DNA of 64,000 nucleotides from Octopus sinensis (lineage: Eukaryota): assembly GCF_006345805.1 (NCBI RefSeq), contig NC_043005.1, forward strand, positions 11,284,001 to 11,348,000, in the 5' to 3' direction. The notes under the pieces were generated by a model. That model was not told where the DNA came from, made no database searches, and saw nothing but the letters and a program-made list of their open reading frames with translations. How positions within the stretch are numbered: the first letter of the stretch is position 1; each line of letters starts with the position of its first letter. This document shows, one piece after another, positions 38,910 to 52,304 of this stretch. The position numbers and the translations under genes are program-made.

Positions 38910-39292
38910 GGAGGCGCAATGGCCCAGTGGTTAGGGCAGCGGACTCGCGGTCATAGGATCGCGGTTTCGATTCCCAGACCGGGCGTTGTGAGTGTTTATT
39001 AAGTGAAAATACCTAAAAGCTCCACGGGGCTCTGGCAGGGATGGTGGTGATCCCTGCTGTACTCTTTCACCACAACTTTCTCTCACTCTTACTTCCTGTT
39101 TCTGTTGTACCTGTATTTCAAAGGGGCCAGCCTTGTCACTCTCTGTGTCACGCTGAATATCCCCGAGAATTACGTTAAGGGTACACGTGTCTGTGGAGTG
39201 CTCAGCCACTTACACGTTAATTTCACGAGCAGGCTGTTCCGTTGATCGCATAAACCGGAACCCTCGTCGTCGTAACCGACGGAGTGCTTCCA
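38910..39292 (+). mobile_element. SINE family B (tail type 2), full length
   Basis: TSD ATCTGGAAGA at 38898-38907 and 39298-39307. Confidence 0.94.
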
Positions 39293-39528
39293 TCCCCATC
39301 TGGAAGAATAAGATCTGTAGATCGTACCTCGGTGTTCATTCAGTAAAAATTAATACATAATACTGTTGACCTGGGATTGTACAACAATGATGACATCGAT
39401 AACAATAGCAACAACCATTATAACAGTAGCAGTAACGACAAGTATGGTAAAATACCCAATAGTGGTTTTAGGCGGCACACATGTCCACACCGCACCATAT
39501 GACTAACCGTTGGATATAATAATTTATG

Positions 39529-39790
39529 TGAAGGCGCGTGGCTTAGTGGTTAGGGTGTCAGTGCCATGATCGTAAAGGTTGTGGTTTCGATTCTTGGACC
39601 GGGTGACGCGTTGTGTTCTTGAGCAAAACACTTCATTTCACGTTGCTCCAGTCCACTCTGCTGGCAGAAATGAGTAACGCTGCCTTGGACTGGCGTCCCG
39701 TCCAGCTGGAGAACACATACGCCATTGAAACCGGGAAACCGGGCCCATGAGCCTGGCTAGGCTTTAAAACGGGCGCATTTATTTTTATTT
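39529..39790 (+). mobile_element. tRNA-derived SINE family D with a CORE-like central domain
   Basis: GGCGCGTGGCTTAGTGGTTAGGG, GGTTTCGATTC, GTTCTTGAGCAAAACACTTCATTTCAC; (ATTT)n tail. Confidence 0.88.
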
Positions 39791-40017
39791 ATTGTAATTC
39801 AGTACATCATGACTTCGTACGATAGGTTTGAGACTAAACAACAAGCAAAACCATAATGTGTGTATGTGAATTGTTCATCTCTTATCTTAATTAGCAATTC
39901 CTCTTGAAATACCGTTTAATTTTCTTAATTTTTGAGTTGTTTATTATTTTCCCTTACATATTTGTAACTGACAAACTCTCTGCTTCTCTTCTCTCCCTCC
40001 TTGGCACTCGCTCTCCA

Positions 40018-40301
40018 AAACACCTAAAGCTCCACGAGCCTCCGGCAGGGATGGTGGTGATCCCTGCTGTACTCTTTCACCACAACTTTCTCTCACTCTT
40101 ACTTCCTGTTTCTGTTGTACCTGTATTTCAAAGGGCCGGCCTTGTCACTCTCTGTGTCACGCTGAATATCCCCGAGAACTGCGTTACGGGTACACGTGTC
40201 TGTGGAGTGCTCAGCCACTTACACGTTAATTTCACGAGCAGGCTGTTCCGTTGATCGGATCAACCGGAACCCTCGTCGTCGTAACCGACGGAGTGCTTCC
40301 A
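40018..40301 (+). mobile_element. 5'-truncated SINE family B
   Basis: 13-bp TSD CACTCGCTCTCCA at 40005-40017 and 40303-40315. Confidence 0.93.
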
Positions 40302-41283
40302 CCACTCGCTCTCCATCAGACGCGCACACACACATACACACACACGTACACACATAGGAGTGGGGTTGATTACACTCCTAGGTTGTTTTGTTGCCTTTTA
40401 ATCAGGAGAAAAGACAGTGATCATGACTCTCACAAGGTCTCCAAGATATGGAACAAAGGAGCGAGATATCCTCAAATAGGAGACTTAGTCTAAATGCATA
40501 CAACAAAGTGAACTCAACTAAAGATACCCAAAATGCCAAGTGATGGTGTAAAACGAGGCGATGTGTTAAGTCGTGCGTTTTTTAAGCACGTACAATGACT
40601 TAAACTTGTCAGTTATACAAATTCCACCATTACTTAGAGCGAAATCTTCTACACAGCGGTGTTAAATATATTCCATTATTATTTCAATAAAGGGTTTGAT
40701 AATATTTCCTGTGTCACTTCGCATTTACTAAATATAAGTATCATTGTATATATCGTCTCTCTCGGAATCGTTTCAATTTTACTGAGCCATGTCGTCAATC
40801 GCATGGCACAAAATAAGACATTATTTTCAATATAATTGCTAAACATTTATCCATATAATTACTTTACCAGCTCATTTCCTTAAGTTAATTTTTAATCTGT
40901 GTTCTTAATGTTGATTTAGAAAATGCGAGTTGCCTAAGCAAAACTATTTGCATAGCAAATTGAAATTATTTGTGTTCTTTATATTTCGGCTATTTCCGAT
41001 ATTCACCGACGTCTATGCCGTGGTGTATATAAAAGAAAAGCAAAACATTGACGAACTACTTTGCATCCTTGCTGACGGCGGTATCATGTGATCTGAAGCT
41101 TTTCTATGTGCATCTTACTATCTGGCTACCTGAAATAAATACGTCCACACACACGCACACACACGCACACACACATACACACGCACATACACACACATAA
41201 GCACGCTCACACACATATGTATGTATATATGTATGGACATATGCGTATGAATAAAGATATATGTATGTGTTTGTGTGTATATA

Positions 41284-41316
<33 letters not shown>

Positions 41317-41521
41317 CATACATGCACATATATATATACTTACATATACATACATACACTCAGACACACACATATATATATATATAATAATTATAGTTTG
41401 ATTAAATTTCCAAATGTTTTACGTATTAGCTAATTTAAAACGTCAGTGTGTGTGTGTACCTGCGTATAGCTGTGAGTATACGTAAATGTGTTTGCTATAT
41501 ATATGTATATATATATATGTA

Positions 41522-41613
<92 letters not shown>

Positions 41614-42024
41614 GCATGCATACATATCGAATTATGCAACATGTACGAATTATGCAACAATGTATTCGTTTGTATACACATGTGTATAAATACAGCCATC
41701 TCTGTGAAAAGCCTGTGTGTGTGAATGGAGGGTGGTTGTTTACGTGTGCGTATCGTATCAAATAGGAATCAGAAAAAAAAAAACTAACTTTGTCGTAGGC
41801 ATTATGGAAACATAACATCTAACAGAAATTCAGAATTCGTCAATCGTCAAAGTTTCTATTACTGATCAAAGAACATTCTAATAAGACTGATGGTGCGTTG
41901 GCATGTCTTTAACTATTACAACCGCAATGTGTCCATATAGAAAATGGCGCTAGGCTGGAAACCAATAAATATAGAGTTAAGGTAAAAAAAACAGAAAGCA
42001 TAATTGAACAGCGGTGAGGCTTTT

Positions 42025-42210
42025 TTATATTATTATTATTATATATTATTATTATTAATTATTATTATTATTGTTATTGTTATTATTATTATTATATTAT
42101 TGTTATTGTTATTATATTATTATTATTATTATTATTATTATTATGTTATTATTATACTTATTTATTATTGTTATTGTTATTATTATATTATTATTATTAT
42201 TATTATGTTA

Positions 42211-42245
<35 letters not shown>

Positions 42246-42342
42246 TATTATTTAATTACTATTATTATTGTTATTGTTATTATTATTATTATTATATTGT
42301 TATTGTATTATTATATTATTATTATATTATTATTATTATTAA
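42025..42342. repeat. (TTA/TTG)n microsatellite
   Basis: Read directly. Confidence 0.95.
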
Positions 42343-42666
42343 TGTTGCTGTTGTTAAAATTTTTTTTTTTTGAAAATATTAAGTTTAGTCACTTTGATCT
42401 CCTTTGAAATGTTAAAATAATGTGTGAATGAATACTTGTGGGCGCGTATCCGTGAATGTAGATTTGTGTGTGTGTGTGTGTGTGTGTGTGTTGTCGCACG
42501 TGTGTGTGTGTGTGTGTATGTGCCTTTGTGTGTTTATTGTGGGTATGTGTGTCTGAGTATATATATGCGCATGTATGCGTCTATGTATATCTGTGTGTAT
42601 ATGAGGTTATGTGCATGAGTGAAAACCCTGACATTGTGAGTTGGAGAGTCAGTGTGTAAGAGAGAG

Positions 42667-42722
<56 letters not shown>

Positions 42723-43033
42723 GAGGGATGGTGTGAAAGAGAGACAGCGAGACAGAGAAAGAAAATAGAAAGAGTGATAAAGTATGAAATAATAGGGAAT
42801 GCAACACATAGCTAAATAATTCATGATGCAATAATAATAATCATACTATTGATAATAATAATATTAACAACAACAACAATTATAACTACGACAATGACAA
42901 CGATAATAATAATTGAAATTATGATAATAATTACATTTGATATAATTTTTAATAATGATAATAATGCGTTAAGAATACTAACAGTTATTATTATTTTTAT
43001 TATCATTATTATTATTATGACCATCGTTATTGC

Positions 43034-43066
<33 letters not shown>

Positions 43067-43182
43067 GATCATTGTTATTGTTGTTATTATTACTATTATG
43101 ATCATTGTTATTACTATCATTATTATTATTATTTTAAATTTAAGCAATTTTATTTGAAATTGTAATATATATGCACCTATAC

Positions 43183-43226
<44 letters not shown>

Positions 43227-43954
43227 ATATATAATTGCGTAAAAAAAAACACCTTTATTTTTTCATTGAAACATTTCAATTAATCAAACAACTCAATTTT
43301 CTCTCAAAACAGGAACATTTTGTCAAATCGTGAAATTTATTGATTTATTGATATTTTAATGATTGGATGCTATTGGTTTTCTTCATCTCTTTATTTATTT
43401 ATAAAATTTCATTTTATTGTTTTTTTTGTTGTTTTCTTATTTTTCTTTTTTTTTTGGTTCTAGCGATGGTTTGATTCCTGTTATATGATTGATGTAAATA
43501 AAACGATTTATTTCATTGAAATATAGTCAAATTACAAGTTTCAATGATACGTAAGAGATTGTAGAGAGACTTTTATTTTTCTATTAAATTTAGTTGGTCG
43601 AAATGGAAAGTGCATATCGCCTTAACAGGACCTGTCAGGTCGCTGAAATTAATGGGGTTGTCGTGTTTGTTGTTGAGTTTGAGATGAAAGCCTTTGTAGA
43701 AGCAGTTCCATTTTCAATGAAGAACAGATTAATCGAAGTGTTTAGTGAGAATTTTGGCTGCTGAGACAGTTGAGAAGAAATAGGTATATAAGTGGGTGAA
43801 CCTGAGATGGTATTTATTGAAATTATGACGGCTTAAAGTACCGGTTATTTTTGAATAATATTCATCGTTATTAATAGTGCCCATATTCTGATAAACAATG
43901 TTATGTTGAAATTGAAGAGAGATTTTAAGGACTTTCATTATAGGCATAAATGGA

Positions 43955-44335
43955 TGGAAGCACTCCGTCGGTTACGACGACGAGGGTTCCGGTTGATCCA
44001 AATCAATGGAACAGTCTCCTCGTGAAATTAACGTGTAAGTGGCTGAGCATTCCACAGACACGTCTACCCTTAACGTAGTTCTCGGGGATATTCAGCGTGA
44101 CACAGAGTGACAAGGCCGGCCCTTTGAAATACAGGTACAACAGAAACAGGAAGTAAGAGTGAGAGAAAGTTGTGGTGAAAGAGTACAGCAGGGATCACCA
44201 CCATCCCCTGCCGGAGCCTCATGGAGCTTTAGGTGTTTTTCGCTCAATAACACTCACAACGCCCGGTCTAGGAATCGAAACCGCGATCCTATGACCGCGA
44301 GTCCGCTGCCCTAACCACTAGGCCATTGCGCCTCC
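43955..44335 (-). mobile_element. SINE family B (tail type 2)
   Basis: TSD AGGCATAAA at 43942-43950 and 44336-44344. Confidence 0.93.
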
Positions 44336-44610
44336 AGGCATAAAATATGTAAAGGCATAAATTATATAACATATATAAATATAAATGTATATAAATATAT
44401 AAATATAAATGTATAGACATAAAATATATAACAACTATATCTGAGGTACTGTTTATGGTTGACGATGATGATGTGTTTTCCACAGAAGTATGTGTGTGTG
44501 TGTACGCGCGCTTCTAACATGGTAGAATACCCTCCATGAAAATGTAAATAACATGTGGGACGAATTAGTGATCAATAAACCTCTCCTGGTTTCTTTTGTT
44601 TCATATTCAT

Positions 44611-44671
44611 GTTTGGATGGAAAGCATATCTCTGACCCTTTAAGGGTCAGAGAAATGTTTTCCATCCAAAC
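44611..44671. repeat. 61-bp near-perfect palindrome
   Basis: GTTTGGATGGAAAGCATATCTCTGACCCTT-T-AAGGGTCAGAGAAATGTTTTCCATCCAAAC. Confidence 0.9.
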
Positions 44672-45489
44672 TATAATTAGTGGAGATCTGTAGTCTGAAT
44701 GTGTTTACAACACAAAACGCAGCCGTGTCACCATGTGGTGATGTTAAACCAGTGATGGATTAAGTCTACCGCCCAAGGATGCAGGGAACAGGAACAACTA
44801 CTGCAAATCATCCAATCCGACATCCTTAGAGTTCTGCCAATCCGTTATCCTAGATTGATCCTTTTTTTTTCGATACTAAGAGGATAGAGGATAAAGTTGA
44901 TCATGGCTGTATTTGAACCATGAGCAGTAAGAGCTGTAACAAATAACACAAGCGCTTTAAAGATTGTGCCAACGTACCACTTCACTAAAGTCTTATGAAG
45001 CAGTCGTCAAATAGTGTCGGATTCTTATTTTTAAATAATTCCTATCTCGAATTCCCCAAATGTGTTGTTTTTGTTGATTTGGTGCCGATATGTTTTATCT
45101 GAGTCTGATGCCAGCTGCAGATATTGTTAGATTTATTATTCTATCATACCAATAATCTATCATACAAATCAATCTTTCTAATATTCAGACATTTCCCATT
45201 GACTTTCAACAATACAATTTTGTTTCCAAGTAAGAATTGTAATGTTTTGCTAGTAATCTCTTGACGAAACAGAAACGTTTTTTTGTCAACTGTTTCTAGG
45301 GAAATAAATTATTAAAAGTAAAAGTTGGTAGAGTTGTAATATTAGTAACACGAAGAATTATCATATGAGAAAATACTTCACCGACTGCTCACTGTAATAA
45401 TTCCCCATTTATAAAAACTAACTAATATGAGGACTGTTGAATTAGGAAATTTAACGGAAAGAGTACTCGGTTTCTCCACCTTTATACCT

Positions 45490-45695
45490 TATTGTTTTTG
45501 TTGTTTGGTCCCAAGTCACCCTGAGTAAGCAAACCTATGATCGCAGTCGTTCAAGCCTTTCTCATTCTGTCTTTAAATATTTACCAGACTACATTGCGTA
45601 ATGTAACCTTCCATTTTTAAGACGGTAGGGTATGATTTGAGATGTAGCTGCTATTTCAAGTAGGACATGCAACACCTATAGCCTCACTCATTGTA
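45490..45695 (+). mobile_element. Old repeat family G
   Basis: ACCTATGATC...TTTTTAAGACGGTAGGGTATGATTTGAG..GCTGCTATTTC. Confidence 0.6.
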
Positions 45696-46093
45696 TCATT
45701 ATATCTTGTGATAACCAACAATACCTAATATAACAGCTTTCAGCATGATTACGAAATGCATTAAGCGCTGAACACCTCTAATTTCTTTGCGAATATTCTT
45801 CATCAGCACATGTCTCACTAGAATTTAAGTCTTTTTTTTTTGTAAACAGAAGTCGGTCTCAGGAATTTCTAATAAACAGTTCTTTTTCAAAGATCTTATA
45901 AATGCGGAACACAAATCTTTAACGTTTGATTGCTTGGTTTTAGTTTCCATAACCGGAACGAATCAAATAGAATATTTTTTTCAGTGAATTCAACATCTTT
46001 CAACCAAAATGGTTCTGCAAGACGAATAATAAATATTCCAATAAAGGAAAACAAATGTTATCTCTTTAGCATTCTGAGATCGAGGCCCAAATA

Positions 46094-46479
46094 TCTTTAT
46101 ATATAAAAGTGAAGTTGTGTGTCTGTCTCCTACGATTTAGATTCCTAACTACTCCCACATTTTGCGGTGCAGTGTAACCAAAACCGGGTATATTATAGTC
46201 GTGATTCATATCGAGCCCTTCTGGGTATTAGCGCACGTCTACGATGAGTCTACGATTTAAAAGAAAAATACCATCAATTTTTCCCATTTTTAATGCATTT
46301 TTGGCATATATAAGTAACTCTCTAAAAATTTATTATTAAATCTCAGAACGTAAAAAGCTACAGTAACACCCCCCTTTGTGGTTAGCCATATTGAGATGGC
46401 TATTATACTTTACATCTCTAAAAATGCTTATATAGTTATTTCCCTTACAAACCCAAGCAACGCCGGGCGATACTGCTAG
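46094..46479 (+). mobile_element. Helitron family F
   Basis: Nearly identical to 11347-11740; TC...CTAG at an AT site. Confidence 0.92.
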
Positions 46480-46925
46480 TATTATGTAAAGAGAATCGAG
46501 AAGTATGAACAAATCAAAAGCAAAATAGGTAGCTATAATTATTTTTACTTAGAAATGAACTAATGCCAGCATTTTGCATCAACACCGTATCGGATTCCGG
46601 ATTGTATGGGAGAATTTATTCATTTGAATAGATAAGTAACATACTTAATGTAGAGCGCATTAAATGCCTATGGTGAGGACAAGACACATTGGTACAATGA
46701 TGACTATTATTTTAACAATTTAAGCAGCTAAGGGAGACAACTTCGTGCATGTTTTACTCTAATGATGAGAAAATCATTAAATATATGAACATGAGTTGGC
46801 GTGAAATATTAGGACAGAAATGTTTATATATGTATGTAAACGTTTACAAGTAGTTATCAGGAGCACAGGTGTGACGTACATGCTGTTTTGGGCAATTAGG
46901 CATGGCAGGGTTCATGTTTCTCCAG

Positions 46926-47076
46926 ATTTAACTACTGTCGAGTTCTTTGACTCGAGTGAAAATCAGAAGACAGTCAGTATGGCCGCATCTCCCGAGCTGA
47001 AATTAACAAAAAAAAAAAGTAAAAGAAGAAGAATAAAAGCGAGTGAAAGAGACAAATCAACTCCTGTACAGTGCAG
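46926..47076 (+). CDS. Candidate exon of an unknown host gene with a basic NLS-like patch
   Basis: CATGTTTCTCCAG| acceptor, CAG|GTACTT donor, open frame LTTVEFFDSSENQKTVSMAASPELKLTKKKSKRRRIKASERDKSTPVQC. Confidence 0.35.
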
Positions 47077-48092
47077 GTACTTTATATAAATAATTAGGGA
47101 GGTTAAATACTTAGAAACGATAGACTGTTAAACATAAACGATAGATTATTAGCATATTTAAGAAACATAAAACAATGGAATTTTCGCTTTAATTATGCAG
47201 TAAGGAAAATACAACACAACATCAGTTAGAATCGCCCGGTAATTATTTCAACTATTCCGCAAGGATTGGAACTGAGAATTCTACCGTAAATAATTTATGA
47301 GTTACGATATGAAATCTGCATAAATATTAGTGAAATATGACCTAAGGTCAAAAATATTCTGAAAAAGTTTCTTGTTTCCCATCTGTCCACCTGTCAAACT
47401 GTCGGAATCTTGCTGTTATTGTGACGGATTGTTGCTATGTGCCTGTCAGTTTATTATTCACCACGAGAGTTTGTATCACTTTCTTCTAATGATGTCTGTC
47501 GCTTTTATCTGCCTCCAGCTTCATGTCTAATTATCAGTCCACACATACGTACAAACATGTATGCCTGTGTATATGGATGCGTGTGTGTGTGTGTGTGTGT
47601 GTGTATGTGGGTGTATGTCTCTGTATGTGTGGGCACATATAGAGACATAAGTGTGGGCACTCAGGCAGACGTACACATAAATAATTTAGTACATTAAATT
47701 AGTGCTTAAACACACTAAAAATGTCTCCACCGAGTTTAAGAAGTCAACTTTTTATCATGTCGTTAACCTCAAATATGCCATTACTTGAATGCAATATCCA
47801 CAATGGAAATGAGTTTACTAAGAGATGAACTGGCTAATGTTCAGAGCAAAATACTTAGAAGACTATAAAGCACTGATATTTCAAAATTTCGATAGTTACT
47901 TCCACAATTAAAATACAAGCAACCTCATATAAGCAGTCATTGCCAATTAATATGGAAATATGCATAATTTACTCGAATGGAATAGACAAATCTTTTCACC
48001 AGGAAGTAAAACTGAAATATATTTCACTTTTATTTCCTGATGAAACGGCTTAATTCTCGCATTTAAATATATATATATACGCACGCACACAT

Positions 48093-48128
<36 letters not shown>

Positions 48129-48217
48129 GTATATACATATATGTATTATGTATATATATATATGATATATACATATATATATGATATATGTATATATATT
48201 GTATACATGTATATAAA

Positions 48218-48280
<63 letters not shown>

Positions 48281-48344
48281 TATATATAATATGAAATATA
48301 TGTCTGAGTGTGTGATATGTGAAACGGACGATAAAAGATGATGA

Positions 48345-48430
<86 letters not shown>

Positions 48431-48981
48431 GTATGTATATAACATTATGTGTGTATATGTCCGAATATATACATATATAAGTATAGATATAAGAATATAT
48501 TTATGTATGAACTTTTGAACTTTTGAAAAATTGATAGAAGAAAAACTTTCTGGGATTTTCAAACGAGGATTTCCAAGGGCCTCCTCACTGTCCACTGTTC
48601 ATGTAATCTATTAAAATTTATCAAAACCTTTCTCACTATCTCAGCTTTTCGTTATATTTTCCTTCTTTCATTTTTCATTATTTCATTTTGTAATTTTTCT
48701 ATATTTTCCCAATTCCGTCATCTTTCATTCTTAGCTTTTACTTTTCCCATCGCTAATTGCTAACTTCTCACTTATCACTTCCTTCTACCTGTTCATTTCT
48801 CATGTCCTTTATTCCCGCCAACTTAGCTTAACCTTTCTAAGCATAGCATCCCTTATTTCTCTCTCACCATCCTACTGACGGCGTTACCCTGCTATCTTTC
48901 TGTCCTAGACCAATTACCTTATTATAAACTTCTATAAAGAAACAATTTACGGTGACATCCAAGTTTCGGCCAGTTCGCATT

Positions 48982-49023
48982 CAGTCTGACGAAGGCAAGC
49001 AAACTGAAACTTGGAAGTTATTG
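48982..49023 (+). ncRNA. Candidate minimal hammerhead motif at the end of a pyrimidine-rich pLTR-like tract
   Basis: CAGT-CTGACGA-A-GG..CT-GAAA-CTT GG AAG-TT-ATTG; stem II is weak. Confidence 0.45.
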
Positions 49024-49054
49024 CGAACAATTTCTGTGTAGAATCTAATAAATA

Positions 49055-50278
49055 CACTAAACAGCAAAAGAAACGCGAGACGGCCCTGACTGTGATATAT
49101 GTTTTAATTTCATTATGTTAGAGATAAATTTTGATAAATCTGATAAAGTCAACTTCTTGGATGCACTTTGACCACAGTCTATGGGTCATTGTAATGTGTT
49201 CTGGTAGTGGGCAGATCCAGCACATCGAGATTGTAGGGCGTGACAGGTTCAATAACGTATATGCCCTCCCTGGGTGTTCAAAGCGGCCATACACTATCAC
49301 TACATGGAGTGCATGAGACGGTTCACAAAGGCCATTGGCACCTGTGCCCACACCCTTAGGAAAGCTGCCTCCAGTTCCACACGAATTTTCGGCCCTGGGA
49401 TCACCTGGTTCAACCGTCTATGGATTTCGTTCCACAGGTGTTCAGTTGGGTTCAAATCCGGGCTCTCAGCTCGGGGTTGAACCCAGTTGTGCTGACATAG
49501 GATGTCCATGGTGACCCTGGGCGTGTGGGAGGGAGCAGTGTCCTGCTGGAACATGTGGCTATTGCGACGTGCAATGAAGGGTACGATGAGAGGTTTTAGG
49601 ATTTGGTCAACGTAGCACTGCGATGTGATTCTATTCCCTCTGCATGCAGCGTTCACCCCTCCTACGCCACACCGTCACTCTGCCATCCGATGTGGAAACG
49701 CAGCTCTCCTCAGAGACGACTATCGACTTCCATTGTTGATGCCGTCAATGTTGGTGCTGTGTAGCCCACTGTAGTCGTACCTGACCGTGGCGGGCGGTGA
49801 GGACAGGCCCTCGAGCAGGACGACGGCAACGCAGGATGTTGGCTGCCAGTCGACATCGTACCGTGTCATCGCTGATGGGTCACTGTCTTTTGCCAGAATA
49901 GTCTCGCGAGCTACCACGTTGGCCGGTCTGAAGTGATCATGGAGATGTTGCAGTGGATGAAGCGGTCCTGCCTTCACGTGGTCATTCGAGGGCGCCCTCT
50001 GCAGCCATAGTCTGCAGTACTGTTGGTATTGTTATATCGCTTTTGCAGGCGATAGATGGTGCTGACATTGATATCGTAAGCTTTCGCAACAACCAGGGCA
50101 CACTGCCCTGCTTGCAATCGGCCAGTAGCTTGTTCTCTCTGCGCTGCTGACAACCGGGTCATACCTGATGCGACCAAATTACGAATGCCAGGAACACTTA
50201 CATCCCCGAAATAAATTTTCAGAATTTACCATATGAAAATGACATTTGGAAAAATCGCGTTTCTTTTGCGGTTCAATG
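49055..50278 (-). mobile_element. Tc1-family transposon, both TIRs present, inactive
   Basis: TA|CACTAAACAGCAAAAGAAACGCGA and TCGCGTTTCTTTTGCGGTTCAATG. Confidence 0.92.
49249..50162 (-). pseudogene. Tc1 (DDE) transposase pseudogene
   Basis: MTRLSAAQREQATGRLQAG, GRPRMTT, FQQDTAPSH, SPDLNPTEHLW, GGHIRY*; frameshifts and internal deletions. Confidence 0.93.
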
Positions 50279-50773
50279 AAATACAAAAAAAAAAATGTAT
50301 CTATGTTTACATACAAAAAGAACCGAGGTATACAGAATAGAAATGGTATCAAGAATTAAAGGGGTTGAAGAAAATCATTATTAATTAAACACCGGTTTCT
50401 GGGGTTTCAGTGACCCAAAATAATGTTTGTAGGTTGATTCCATCGTCGGATGAGACGAGCCCCTGTGTTCAGAAAAGGGATCTTAAATATGACGTATTGA
50501 CAAAAGGGTCAAAGATTGAACCTTCCATTTTTGATCTTCTCTCTAATGGCAAAAGGACGTGAAAACACCATATCTGCTCAGAGTTGCCACCTATCGAATT
50601 CCAGGACAACGATGTTTCTAGCTTCTTTAACCACTATCAATGGGCAAGAGAGGCAACACTGGTCACACCTTATCAAAGTCATCCCTTTAACTATAATACA
50701 GTCAACAACGTTGAAATAACGTCTCAAACATACTTTAAATAACCTAAAATGTGATTATGATTAAACACTGCTT

Positions 50774-51009
50774 GGCATCGAGCTGGCAGAGTCGTTAGCA
50801 CGCCGGGCGAAATGCTTAGCAGTATTTCGTCTGCCGCTACGTTCTGAGTTCAAATTCCGCCGAGGTCGACTTTGCCTTTCATCCTTTCGGGGTCGATAAA
50901 TTAAGTACCAGTTACGCACTGGGGTCGATATAATCGACTTAATCCGTTTGTCTGTCTTTGTTTGTCCCCTCTGAGTGTTTAGCCCCTTGTGGGTAGTAAA
51001 ATAATAGAT
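50774..51009 (+). mobile_element. SINE family E
   Basis: GAGCTGGCAGAGTCGTTAGCACGCCGGGCGAAATGCTTAGC, GAGTTCAAATTCC. Confidence 0.92.
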
Positions 51010-51409
51010 ATTACGGTAATTTCCGAGACTACGTTGGTCAACTGGCGCAAATCAGTCAATGTTGTTGACGTATTATAGTTAAGGCCATGGCTATGTTAAA
51101 GTCTGTTTACAGTTGCTTCTCTTAAATATTTTCCATTGGTATCCTCTAAAAAGCTAGAAACATCGATAGGTGGCGACTGCGGGCAGATATGCTGTGTTTA
51201 CACCTTTTTAACATAAGAGAATTTTTTCTCGACAGCAACTGCACTGAATTTGCCTTTTAGCAGTTGAAATGTGTCACAAAAATATTTTAACTAAGTTACA
51301 GTTTGCTTAAGTTGATATTACTGTTGCATATATATATATATATATTTCGATTTTGTATTTGGTTTGCAAGGCAAGATTCTTTATGTGAATTCGTGTGTTG
51401 AAATATATT

Positions 51410-51588
51410 TTATTGGGTCTAGGGAGAATCATTCTATTTTACTGCCTTATTTAGCATACTAGCCGGTTCGATTTCTAATCATTTAGTTATTTACTTTTTC
51501 TAAAATACTTAAAGTGAGTGGAGATCGAACCGGTGAGTGTGTTAAATAATAAGACACTAAAAGAGAATGACTTTCTCCAGTCACAATA
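51410..51588. mobile_element. Palindromic MITE-like element with ~68-bp imperfect TIRs in a (TA)n context
   Basis: TTATTGGGTCTAGGGAGAATCATTCT...CCGGTTCGAT versus ATCGAACCGG...AGAATGACTTTCTCCAGTCACAATAA. Confidence 0.75.
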
Positions 51589-51671
51589 AGATATATATAT
51601 ATATAATATATATAATATATATATTATATATATATATAATATATATAATATATATATATAATATATATATA

Positions 51672-51706
<35 letters not shown>

Positions 51707-51712
<6 letters not shown>

Positions 51713-52155
51713 TATATATAATAATATAGGGTGAAATCAATTAATTGGAGTAATCATTAATTTCACCAAGTAGATTTCGGCATGTAAAAGCCCCATTCGA
51801 GGAAGGTTTAAGTAATACTAAGTAATTAAGGGTTTAAGTAGAAAGAATAGCCATAACTCTTTGACTGCTATTTCTAAATTCGGTGTGTGGTGAGGCAAAT
51901 CGTTGCTAAACCCTTAATTACTTAGTATTACTGTACATATATATATAATATAGGGTGAAATCAATTAATTTGAGTAATCATTAATTTCACCAAGTAGATT
52001 TCGGCATGTAAAAGCCCCATTCGAGGAAGGTTTAAGTAATACTAAGTAATTAAGGGTTTAAGTAGAAAGAATAGCCATAACTCTTTGACTGCTATTTCTA
52101 AATTCGGTGTGTGGTGAGGCAAATCGTTGCTAAACCCTTAATTACTTAGTATTAC
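51707..52155. repeat. Tandem duplication of a ~225-bp unit, each with an internal 26-bp inverted repeat
   Basis: Units 51707-51931 and 51932-52155 are almost identical. Confidence 0.92.
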
Positions 52156-52167
52156 TGTACATATATA

Positions 52168-52204
<37 letters not shown>

Positions 52205-52233
52205 TATATATATATGTATAAATAAAACCAAAC

Positions 52234-52304
<71 letters not shown>

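Noticed and set aside
38910-38990. tRNA-like sequence with A and B boxes
   Set aside because: No proper acceptor stem, and it continues into a repeated body with TSDs: a SINE head, not a tRNA gene
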